Of a stretch of 64,000 nt of DNA, positions 28,217 through 35,994 are shown piece by piece (the first letter of the stretch is position 1; every line of letters begins with the position of its first letter). The notes under the pieces are model-generated. The model worked only from the letters and a program-made list of their open reading frames with translations. It was not told the DNA's origin and did not search any database. The translations under genes and the position numbers were made by a program. This DNA comes from an uncultured virus (IMG/VR IMGVR_UViG_3300011834_000039) (lineage: Duplodnaviria; Heunggongvirae; Uroviricota; Caudoviricetes): the IMG/VR virus record IMGVR_UViG_3300011834_000039; one strand, written 5' to 3'.

Positions 28217-28468
28217 GTAGCACGCTTTGTATCGCATATTGTTGCACAGTATGTAGCACAAAATGGTACGGCGAATATCGAAACAATGACAGCGACGCCT
28301 GCTAAGACATTGATATCATTTCGTATTTTTCGACGAGTGGCTGAAAATGATGGTACGGTCGGTTGGAACCACTTGGCACATTACACCTCCTATAATGCCG
28401 GAACTCTGGGGTTCGTTATATTTTTGTGCGCCGTTATGTGTACTCATTTGTGCGCCTTTAAGTGCACC
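28217..28468. repeat. att-like junction with two sets of 12-bp-periodic arm repeats
   Basis: TGT(A/T)GCAC-type repeats at 28226/28238/28250; T(T/A)(T/A)GTG-type repeats at 28423/28435/28447/28459 (TTTGTGCGCC twice). Confidence 0.6.
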
Positions 28469-28490
28469 TATGCCCTAACGGTTTCGCGCA

Positions 28491-28523
28491 ATAAAATAGC
28501 CTCGTATGAGGTTCATACGAGGC
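28491..28523 (-). terminator. Terminator downstream of the YfbU gene
   Basis: 11-bp inverted repeat GCCTCGTATGA/TCATACGAGGC followed by TATTTTAT on the minus strand. Confidence 0.7.
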
Positions 28524-28592
28524 CTTGCATCTTCATTAAACACGGCTATGTATCTGGCCGGAGCCCATCGAACGAGAACCCGTTAATATACC

Positions 28593-29096
28593 TTACAATT
28601 CGATTAGTTCACGGGCCTGATCCGGTGTCATCGCATCTATACGAACATCCATTTCGAGGTAACGGCGAAGCATTCGGCGATAACGCTCAAGGGTTGGAAA
28701 ATGACTGTTTAGATCGCGGCCCCGCCTAAGATAATCCCATCGTCTCTGTATCTCGATCACGTGCCGATAGTAGGCTAAGTAAGCACCCTCGTTATTGCCA
28801 TCAAAACCCGGAAACCTGTAAGGATCATGACCATCCGCCGGAGCATCGGGCACCGCACGCTGCATGGCTTCATACATTGTCAGAACATTCAGAACAAAAT
28901 CGCCCTCGTCAGCAGGCAATTCATTCCCCAGATAGTCGAATATTCCGCCATACTCATTTGAAAAGCCACCTTCGAGAACGGAAATGGTTTCAGCCCACCC
29001 CTCATCTGGCTCTAACCTGTTCAGAATTCTGAATTGATTCAGGAGCATAAGCCGCTCTATCGGCGTTAATTTTATATCGGACATTTTCCCACCCAT
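28593..29096 (-). CDS. yfbU: YfbU family protein
   Basis: 'ERL.L.NQ..IL', 'FPGFDGNNE', 'NSH.P...Y.RML' YfbU motifs. Confidence 0.88.
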   Translation of the reverse strand: MGGKMSDIKLTPIERLMLLNQFRILNRLEPDEGWAETISVLEGGFSNEYGGIFDYLGNELPADEGDFVLNVLTMYEAMQRAVPDAPADGHDPYRFPGFDGNNEGAYLAYYRHVIEIQRRWDYLRRGRDLNSHFPTLERYRRMLRRYLEMDVRIDAMTPDQARELIEL

Positions 29097-29247
29097 GTAG
29101 TGTTAACAGCAACGATAATAGACTACCGCCGTCCGATGACTTCAAGGGCAATATCTAATCCGCTTGTTGAATCTCAATTAGAAAGTAGTTGGCTTGACGG
29201 TTCATGAATGAACCGGCAGGCTGGCGCAGGCTAGGGAGGCTACAAAG

Positions 29248-29796
29248 ATGGGTGATGGACCAAAGGGAAGACGAGGAAAGTGGTCAGTAGCAGGAGTTCC
29301 CCATAGAGGATGGACCTGCATAGAGACGGAAGATTTCGGCGAACCGAGTACAGTTTGTGAAATGTGCGAGTCGATGGAAATCCGTTACGGCCACTACATG
29401 ACCCATCCCGACTATCCCAGAAACTTGGTCTGCGGTGAAATATGTGCCGGCCACATGGAAGGCGACCTCTCAGCCGCCAAAGGTCGAGACAAGACCATGA
29501 AAGACCGTGCAAGGCGGCGAACCAATTTCCCTAAGCTTTCGGGCTGGAAAATGAACCAGAAAGGCAATTATATACTCAAGAAGGATGGAGCCAGAATAAC
29601 AGTTTTTTCAAAGGGAACAGTGTGGCGATCGGTAGTATCTCATCCATTCGATCGAAATGTTTTTTCCAGTATCGACTCCAAGACACCCGACGAAGCCAAA
29701 CTGATCGCATTCGATATACTTCAAGAAACGATGAAAAGAGTTCAGGTCGCTCGGAAAAGAACGCAACAACAATACGATCCATTCCATGACTTTTAA
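29248..29796 (+). CDS. Zn-finger hypothetical protein
   Basis: GGAGG RBS; 'CEMC...IRY.H...H...CGEIC'. Confidence 0.75.
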   Translation: MGDGPKGRRGKWSVAGVPHRGWTCIETEDFGEPSTVCEMCESMEIRYGHYMTHPDYPRNLVCGEICAGHMEGDLSAAKGRDKTMKDRARRRTNFPKLSGWKMNQKGNYILKKDGARITVFSKGTVWRSVVSHPFDRNVFSSIDSKTPDEAKLIAFDILQETMKRVQVARKRTQQQYDPFHDF

Positions 29797-30006
29797 AGGA
29801 AACATCGGAGTCCCGGAGGTTCTTCGGATTTCCGGTCTTTTCAATGGCTTGCAAAAAAGTGGGACAGAAAAGCATGTGTTATAAACATTATATTTTTTCA
29901 TTCGCACGTCCCATATAATACGGCGCACTGCCAATGCTCTTCGCCAGTTGAAAACTGTTCAACTTGGGTAGTAAGTATGCAACTCGGCTCGGCGGTTTTT
30001 TAGAGG

Positions 30007-30987
30007 GTGGGCATGGCAGCGCTTGATCAAGTTTTGAATTTCTACGAGGATAAGTATGAAATCCTTGAACAATGGATAATGCGCCCCGGCAACCGGGTGG
30101 ATCTTGGCGAAAAAACCAATCAGATTTGTAGGTTCTGTGGCCTTACGACACCGAACGTTACATTCAAGAAGATTGCACACGCAATACCGGAATCCCTCGG
30201 TAATAAAGGACTCACCAGCTATTACGAGTGCGATGCATGCAATGAGTTATTTGGCAACGGAATTGAAAACGATTTAGGCAATTGGACTAAGCCGATGCGA
30301 ACCATGGCCCGCATTCGTGGCAAGAGTGGAGTGCCCACGCTTAAAAAAGGCGGTGATGCCCCTGGATGGCGTATCGAATGCACGAATGGCGAGTTCCAAG
30401 TCGAATCATATGAAGATGATCCAATCTTTGAAATTGACGAACTTAACAAGCGCGTCACATTCAAACTCAAGCGTGATCCTTACACACCAGTGGCTGTCTT
30501 GAAGGCGTTTGTGAAGATAGGTTTGACTTTGATCCCGGACGAGGAGGTAGACAAATTCAAGCACCTATTCGCTTGGATCCGTGACACCGACCACACTCGT
30601 TCCTTCACCGGGACATACCCCATTATTTATACGTTTTCGCCTGGCCCACGACCTAACAACTTGATCGCAGCTATGATTTTACGAAGAAAACCTAAAGTGA
30701 CTGATGTGCCCTACGCATATCTGATACTAACTTACGGAAATGAACAGTTTCAGGTCCCGTTGATTCCGGTAGAAGACGCCGGTTCAACATATTCCATCCG
30801 GCCCTTTCCTGCGCCGCACTCGCCCTCTGTACAATTCGGTCAGCCTTGCTCAACTGCTCTGGACCTGACCGGTCGGACTATCGTTCGAGGTGAGGTTGTG
30901 CCTATCGGCATGGGCTTCATGATCGCAAAGAAGAACGAGAGAGAGCGCGAAAATTCAGAGAACACTTCCGTCCCCCCGAGCTGTTGA
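30007..30987 (+). CDS. HNH endonuclease-domain protein
   Basis: 'CRFC...AHAIPESLGN...ECDACNELFG' HNH/Zn motif plus a large C-terminal domain; lower GC. Confidence 0.82.
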   Translation: MGMAALDQVLNFYEDKYEILEQWIMRPGNRVDLGEKTNQICRFCGLTTPNVTFKKIAHAIPESLGNKGLTSYYECDACNELFGNGIENDLGNWTKPMRTMARIRGKSGVPTLKKGGDAPGWRIECTNGEFQVESYEDDPIFEIDELNKRVTFKLKRDPYTPVAVLKAFVKIGLTLIPDEEVDKFKHLFAWIRDTDHTRSFTGTYPIIYTFSPGPRPNNLIAAMILRRKPKVTDVPYAYLILTYGNEQFQVPLIPVEDAGSTYSIRPFPAPHSPSVQFGQPCSTALDLTGRTIVRGEVVPIGMGFMIAKKNERERENSENTSVPPSC

Positions 30988-31049
30988 GACGGCAGCCGCT
31001 GCAGGAAATGAGCGGCTTTGCCGGAGGGCTGGCATAACACCTCCAAAGC

Positions 31050-31082
31050 AAAAAGCCCGCCGCGTCATCGACGGGCGGGCTT
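31050..31082 (-). terminator. Terminator at the end of the late operon
   Basis: AAGCCCGCC/GGCGGGCTT stem with a T-run on the minus strand. Confidence 0.75.
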
Positions 31083-31102
31083 ACTTCGTATTGGTAATAT
31101 TA

Positions 31103-31534
31103 TCAGGGGCGACGCTGCCCCGCCTCCAGGCGTTGCAAGATCTCCATCACGACACGGACATCCCCGCGCACTGTCGTCAGTGTTTCCTGTATTTCCTTCG
31201 AATTATCAGCTGCGCTTTTGATCGCCTGAGAGTTTGAAGCAATCTGATAGCTCATGCTTTCCTGATTACTGGAAAGCTTGCGAATATCGGCCTCTATGGT
31301 TTGGAACCGCTGATCGTTTTTCCCCTTATCCTCGCGCACTTCGGCTAAGCGCTCTTTATGATAAGCCTCGTGCGAGAGCTTCCACTTAGTGAGATCCTCA
31401 ATATCGCGAGATCTGTTGACCCAAATCGTCACGCCGCCGAGGATGAGGACGGCGATCTGCCCGAGCTGCAGCAGCGTGTTGAAGTTCCACTCAAACTTTC
31501 CTTTGCTTGGTAACCGCATCGCACCTTCCCTCAC
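31103..31534 (-). CDS. Membrane-anchored coiled-coil protein of the lysis cassette
   Basis: One TM segment followed by a coiled coil; coupled to the spanin gene. Confidence 0.65.
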   Translation of the reverse strand: MREGAMRLPSKGKFEWNFNTLLQLGQIAVLILGGVTIWVNRSRDIEDLTKWKLSHEAYHKERLAEVREDKGKNDQRFQTIEADIRKLSSNQESMSYQIASNSQAIKSAADNSKEIQETLTTVRGDVRVVMEILQRLEAGQRRP

Positions 31535-31830
31535 CGTAGCCCCCTTGCCCAGCTGTCATAGAATTCAGCACATCGATCCGTTCGCGCATTCTGCCTGTCC
31601 AGCGCCGCTCGCTCCCTCTTTAAGGTGGAGCGGACTTCCGCCCCCTCGATCAACGGCGCATGCGACTCTTTCTTGCGACAATCATCGGGATATTCAGCTG
31701 GGACAATGCGCGCCTGCGCCTTGCCCTGCTGTTCAGCAGCCTCTTGCAACAGTCGATCACTGGCGCAGGAACTGCAAATCATCGAAATCAAGCAGACAGG
31801 CACGGCCCGCCACCGCCAGCTGTTTCTCAT
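31531..31830 (-). CDS. Outer-membrane spanin (Rz1-like lipoprotein); start uncertain
   Basis: Lipobox-like 'CSSC'; overlaps the 3' end of the i-spanin. Confidence 0.7.
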   Translation of the reverse strand: MRNSWRWRAVPVCLISMICSSCASDRLLQEAAEQQGKAQARIVPAEYPDDCRKKESHAPLIEGAEVRSTLKRERAALDRQNARTDRCAEFYDSWARGLR

Positions 31831-32140
31831 AATCCGCTATCTCCTGTTCAGATTTTTCGATCTGTGCGGCCTCAGCTGCGCGAGCGTTCCGCAACTGCAC
31901 CTGGTAGGCTTCAATCACAAGCGCGTTGGCTTTGCCCTGCCGTCGCATCTGGTCGATTTCCGCCCGCAGCGCCGCCGCCTGAAATTCGGGAACGAGGCCT
32001 TTCTTTGCCTGCCCCTCGAAAACAACGCCGACATAGGGAATATCTTTGAGAACCGGCACGCCGTTAAAATAGATCGCAGTCAGCACGATCCCGACGGCGC
32101 AGCCAGCGCCGATCTTGATATAGTCCAGCAGGCCGAACAT
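31757..32140 (-). CDS. Inner-membrane spanin (Rz-like)
   Basis: N-terminal TM, coiled coil, C-terminal 'ACLL..DD...L'; follows the endolysin. Confidence 0.72.
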   Translation of the reverse strand: MFGLLDYIKIGAGCAVGIVLTAIYFNGVPVLKDIPYVGVVFEGQAKKGLVPEFQAAALRAEIDQMRRQGKANALVIEAYQVQLRNARAAEAAQIEKSEQEIADYEKQLAVAGRACLLDFDDLQFLRQ

Positions 32141-32646
32141 CACAGACCTGCCAGACAGAGTTCCATCTCACCGATGCGCTGAGCGTCACCCAGTTCGCGG
32201 CGCTTTTTCAGACCATCCACGACCTTGCCCCCGGCGCGGTTGAATGCAGTCATCGCGTTGCAAGCTGCACGCCATTGCCGTTCACTCATGCGGCGGGCGG
32301 CAGTTGATTTGCAGGCCGCACCAGTCCCGATATTATAGGAGAGATCCAGCATAGATGCCTGCACGCTGATGGGTGCCTGATCGAAAGTGCGGATGCACTT
32401 GCGAAGCGGTTGCCGGAAATCATTCTCCAGTCGGGTGATAAGCTTTTCGCGGCACTGCTTGTCGGTGTAATAGTCGCCTTTCTGCACGCCTTTGGTTTCA
32501 CCCAGGCACACAGTCCAGACCCTGCCGAGCTTGTCATAATAGGCATGGTTTTCCATGCCTTCCCACGGTGCGGTCAGATAAGTCGCCGTCAAAGCGACGA
32601 GCCCCAACCCAGACGCCAGAGCAGCCTTTGCGCGTTTACTCGCCAT
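32140..32646 (-). CDS. GH24 lysozyme, probable SAR endolysin
   Basis: N-terminal Ala/Gly-rich anchor; 'EG...AY.D...WTVC.GET' catalytic E/D/T; 'YNIG', 'GL..RR'. Confidence 0.93.
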   Translation of the reverse strand: MASKRAKAALASGLGLVALTATYLTAPWEGMENHAYYDKLGRVWTVCLGETKGVQKGDYYTDKQCREKLITRLENDFRQPLRKCIRTFDQAPISVQASMLDLSYNIGTGAACKSTAARRMSERQWRAACNAMTAFNRAGGKVVDGLKKRRELGDAQRIGEMELCLAGL

Positions 32647-32857
32647 TTCGAAATACCTTCTGAGAAACAAGGCGCATCACAAAGGCTGCGACCACCACAA
32701 CAAAGGTCAGCAACGCGAACACGCCGGAGGGGATGGGAAAAGTGTCACCAAGGAGCGGCAACACGGCTTCAATGCCGGTTAGAACACCGGCAAGCAGGAT
32801 CAGGCGGACAGACCACGCCTTTCGCAAGACGTGCCGCCAATCGGGCACAAGCTGCAT
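32636..32857 (-). CDS. Holin
   Basis: 73 aa, two TMs, 'W...LRKAWSVRL...RLVSQ'; directly upstream of the endolysin. Confidence 0.78.
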   Translation of the reverse strand: MQLVPDWRHVLRKAWSVRLILLAGVLTGIEAVLPLLGDTFPIPSGVFALLTFVVVVAAFVMRLVSQKVFRNGE

Positions 32858-32865
32858 GACAGCCT

Positions 32866-33408
32866 CTATTTGACGATGGATATGAGGGAAATCTTCAGCT
32901 GCAGGCTGATATTGTCGTAGGCGACATAGCTCCAGCCGATCCAGCAACCACAGATCCTGCCGAAGATATTGAAGCGGGCGCGATACGAGAAAAACAATCG
33001 GCCATTCGCGTCTCGATACACACCCTCATAGAATGTGCCGGGTTTCGACCAGTCAAAGCCGCCGCTATCGATCTGATAAACAGTGGTAACGCCTTCGAAC
33101 CTGAAACCGAAAACATTGGCAGCAAATCCGTAGGCCGGGTTTCGCATAATCCATCGCGTTCGCTGCCACCACAATTTGAAGCCCTTGGCTTGCGGCCAAC
33201 CTAGCTGATGTTGCCCGCCGTCCAGGTCGTCATCATGTGTGTGAAAAAGCGAGAATGGATATGGCAGAACCGAAATCCCCGCCAACACTGACCAGAGCGC
33301 CAATATCGGTGCGATCAGGATCGCCACCAGCTTGGCAATAAGCAGCAAGATCCCGTAGATCGCCCACTTGATGAAGACGACCGGATAATTCCGGATGATG
33401 TATTTCAT
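32866..33408 (-). CDS. Conserved phage membrane protein
   Basis: N-terminal hydrophobic helix; 'THDDDLDG', 'W..RNPAYGF'. Confidence 0.7.
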   Translation of the reverse strand: MKYIIRNYPVVFIKWAIYGILLLIAKLVAILIAPILALWSVLAGISVLPYPFSLFHTHDDDLDGGQHQLGWPQAKGFKLWWQRTRWIMRNPAYGFAANVFGFRFEGVTTVYQIDSGGFDWSKPGTFYEGVYRDANGRLFFSYRARFNIFGRICGCWIGWSYVAYDNISLQLKISLISIVK

Positions 33409-33435
33409 GATTGCCCCGTTGGAAATTCGAGCGCG

Positions 33436-34590
33436 CTAGGCGCGACCTATACCCATGCCCATAGGTGACCCGCCCGTCGTCGAGATTGCGGGCGCTTGCG
33501 GTTTAGGATCCGGCACCGTAGGCGTTTTAGGACTGTTCTCGTTTGTTTTCGACGTGCTGGCAGCAGTCGACTTTTTCTTATCCTTGGATGCCTTGCTGGC
33601 GACCGGCTTTAGCTTCGCTTCGATATCGGTCATATATCCCGACTTGCTGATGCGGTGGGTTGCTGTCTCGATAATGAATTCTATGCCGTCAATTTCCGGC
33701 CGCACATTCTGGTAGGAAAACGGCGCGCCTGCCCGAATGGTCGGATCGCCAAACACTGTGACAAAGGTTTTGACAGTTTCCGCCTTGAGGCTTTCGGCCT
33801 TGGACTTCGCAGCTTTTTTCGCTTCGGCTTCCGTGCTGAAATTTTCCTTCACCGTAAAATCGGCAGTGCCTTCCTCATCGCTGTCTTCCTCGACCTCGAC
33901 CGTCTCAGCCTTGGCGCGGTCGCGAACCTTTGCGCGCACTGTTTTGACTTTCTTGCGATAGGCGAAGTTGATGCGACATGTGCCCTGCACAATCTCGAAT
34001 GGCCCTACAATGATAGGCGTCAAATCCTTTCCGCTCGCAGACTTCCCGCTACCACGCTTCGCAAATATCAGCTTGCCATCCTTGACCGAGAACAAAGCAC
34101 CGTGAATGCGTGCCAGACGCTCGCAGACATGCATGTCGCTCTCATCCTGCTGTCCGAACCAGTCGTACTTGTGCGAAGCGACTTCATCGTCGATGACGGG
34201 CTGTAAACCGTTTTCGGAGGCGATCTGCTGAAGGATCTCAGCAACAGTCTTTTCATCCCAGTGGCGGGAGCGGCTTTGCTTGAATTTGTCGCGGATATTC
34301 GCCCCTCGCCCGCGAATGTTCATGCCGTAAGGAAGGCAGCGGATCTCTGGGTCATCTACAGTGAACGCCCCGAAAGGGAGTATGCCGGTCTCTGCATAGC
34401 CAAGCGACACCTCGATCTTGTCACCCTTCTTCGGGATGGCGGCGAACGGGTTGCCATCATTCAGGTCGACATCAACCGAGTCCGAGCCGACACCCTCTTT
34501 GTCAGTGACAGTCAGCGATATAAGCCGTTCATTCACAATGGACGCGACGGCTTTGCCGTTGACTTTTATTTCAAAGGCTGGAGTCTTCAT
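33436..34590 (-). CDS. Baseplate hub / late control protein D (P2 gpD)
   Basis: 'RLISLTVTD..G..SD', 'Q..ESD....RLA', 'G.P.I.A'. Confidence 0.9.
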   Translation of the reverse strand: MKTPAFEIKVNGKAVASIVNERLISLTVTDKEGVGSDSVDVDLNDGNPFAAIPKKGDKIEVSLGYAETGILPFGAFTVDDPEIRCLPYGMNIRGRGANIRDKFKQSRSRHWDEKTVAEILQQIASENGLQPVIDDEVASHKYDWFGQQDESDMHVCERLARIHGALFSVKDGKLIFAKRGSGKSASGKDLTPIIVGPFEIVQGTCRINFAYRKKVKTVRAKVRDRAKAETVEVEEDSDEEGTADFTVKENFSTEAEAKKAAKSKAESLKAETVKTFVTVFGDPTIRAGAPFSYQNVRPEIDGIEFIIETATHRISKSGYMTDIEAKLKPVASKASKDKKKSTAASTSKTNENSPKTPTVPDPKPQAPAISTTGGSPMGMGIGRA

Positions 34591-34637
34591 ACAATTAGCC
34601 TATTGGGGAGCATCCAGCCTGTTGAGCCGGAGGGGAC

Positions 34638-35351
34638 ATGAAGTTTCTGAGATTTTGTTACGCTGGAGCCGCCGCACTTTGCGCGACATCCGCTCTAGCC
34701 GAGGAAAAGTTTACTTGCGCAGATTACATTCGAGACACCGAAGCCGCCTACCTGCACGGCGGTGAATTGATGAGCGCGACCAATCACGGGTTGAACCAAG
34801 TCACAATGTTGGCGATGGGTGCCTTTCTGGCAAACAAGGGCATGAGGTTTTCACGCGCCACAAGTGCAGATCAAACGACCGCCTTCGTTAGCATGTATCG
34901 GTTCTGCCAGAGAAACCCGGATGAACTTGCCGTTGATGCTGCAATTATGGCAGCCACACCAGCTACTTACAACTCACAGGCTACCCAAGAGGAACCAAAG
35001 CGAGAAACAAAACTGGAGCCACAAGCCCACAGCATTACCGCCGCCGAAATTCTGTCTGGCATCAATAGAAACAAGACAGAACTCGAACAGCAAGCTTGGT
35101 GGGACAAGAATATGTCAGGCCAGATTTATGAATTAACGGGCGCGGTTACCGAAGTGGAAGAAGGCATGCTATCCGGCTACTGGGTCGACCTCGATCTGGG
35201 TCGCAATGTGTTGGTGCGCTGCGGCATGTCGAGTCAATGGAGCGATATCGTGAAAAAGCTCCATAAGGGCGACAAATTCACCTGCAAAGGCAAGGTCGAC
35301 AGAAGTTGGACATCATTCTACAAAACCATGTTTCAGGTTGATGCCGGCTGA
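34638..35351 (+). CDS. Secreted moron protein with C-terminal OB-fold-like domain
   Basis: GGAGG RBS; signal peptide ending ALA; '..ELTGAVTEV...VRC...KLHKGDKFTCKGKV'. Confidence 0.75.
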   Translation: MKFLRFCYAGAAALCATSALAEEKFTCADYIRDTEAAYLHGGELMSATNHGLNQVTMLAMGAFLANKGMRFSRATSADQTTAFVSMYRFCQRNPDELAVDAAIMAATPATYNSQATQEEPKRETKLEPQAHSITAAEILSGINRNKTELEQQAWWDKNMSGQIYELTGAVTEVEEGMLSGYWVDLDLGRNVLVRCGMSSQWSDIVKKLHKGDKFTCKGKVDRSWTSFYKTMFQVDAG

Positions 35352-35564
35352 TTAATCCCAGAGCGAAACGACCGTCTGTCTATCGTCTGCCTTACTCAAT
35401 TCTGGCAGGTGAATTTTCGTTCCCATCGGCAATCGATGAGGGAGTGTAGCCAGACCGGGGTTCGCTTCGAACACCTGCTCGACATAGCCACTTTCGTCGC
35501 CATAAATTTTCCGGCAGATGGCGTCGACCATTTCCCCTTGTATGGTTGTGTAAATACGGCCCAT
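35352..35564 (-). CDS. Tail protein X (P2 gpX, LysM-like)
   Basis: 'QGEMVDAIC..IYG...V.EANPGLA....LP.G..I.LP...VSLWD'. Confidence 0.92.
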   Translation of the reverse strand: MGRIYTTIQGEMVDAICRKIYGDESGYVEQVFEANPGLATLPHRLPMGTKIHLPELSKADDRQTVVSLWD

Positions 35565-35568
35565 GGCA

Positions 35569-35994
35569 TCACCCGAATAGTGACTGAATAACTGAAATCG
35601 GCGAGAAGCTGCCACCGCTGTAGCGCTTAAGCTGGATGCGAAAAACATCCATTCGCGGCTGTCCTAGCGCAGTATGATACGATTGATCTTCACTAATACC
35701 TTCGATCACATGCATACCGTAGACATTCCCGGCTAGTGTAATAAGCGGCAATACAGTTCCGGCAACAGCCGCCCCGCGAAGGCCTTCAAGCGCAGCCAAT
35801 CCGCCGAACTCATGGGGGAACAACACTCCTTCAATTGTCGTGCGATCATCATCGCCGCCAGTCCACTGCAGGCGGTTCAAACCGCCGACAGTGCTAACAT
35901 CAGCCCATCGGGTCGATAGATCACGCCTCAACCCTTTGTAGCCAAAACGTAAGGAATGAAACATAAACGGCCCTAGACACATTGGAATTGCCAT
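35569..35994 (-). CDS. Tail tube initiator (P2 gpU)
   Basis: 'M.LG.F.F', 'LQWTG', 'G.V.G..VIE.ISE', 'F.IQLKRY'. Confidence 0.9.
   Translation of the reverse strand: MAIPMCLGPFMFHSLRFGYKGLRRDLSTRWADVSTVGGLNRLQWTGGDDDRTTIEGVLFPHEFGGLAALEGLRGAAVAGTVLPLITLAGNVYGMHVIEGISEDQSYHTALGQPRMDVFRIQLKRYSGGSFSPISVIQSLFG

Larger units (their letters stand above)
1..28300 (-). mobile_element. Prophage 1, early/replication/immunity/integration half (continues off the left edge)
   Basis: Contiguous phage-type genes (VRR-NUC, primase-helicase, Gp157, helicase, DUF669 SSB, AAA_24, cI, integrase), ending at arm-type repeats just upstream of the integrase. Confidence 0.92.

Noticed and set aside
28351..28387. Minus-strand ...GGTTCCAACCGACCGTACCA as a tRNA 3' fragment at att
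   Set aside because: No convincing T-arm or cloverleaf; cannot name a target gene
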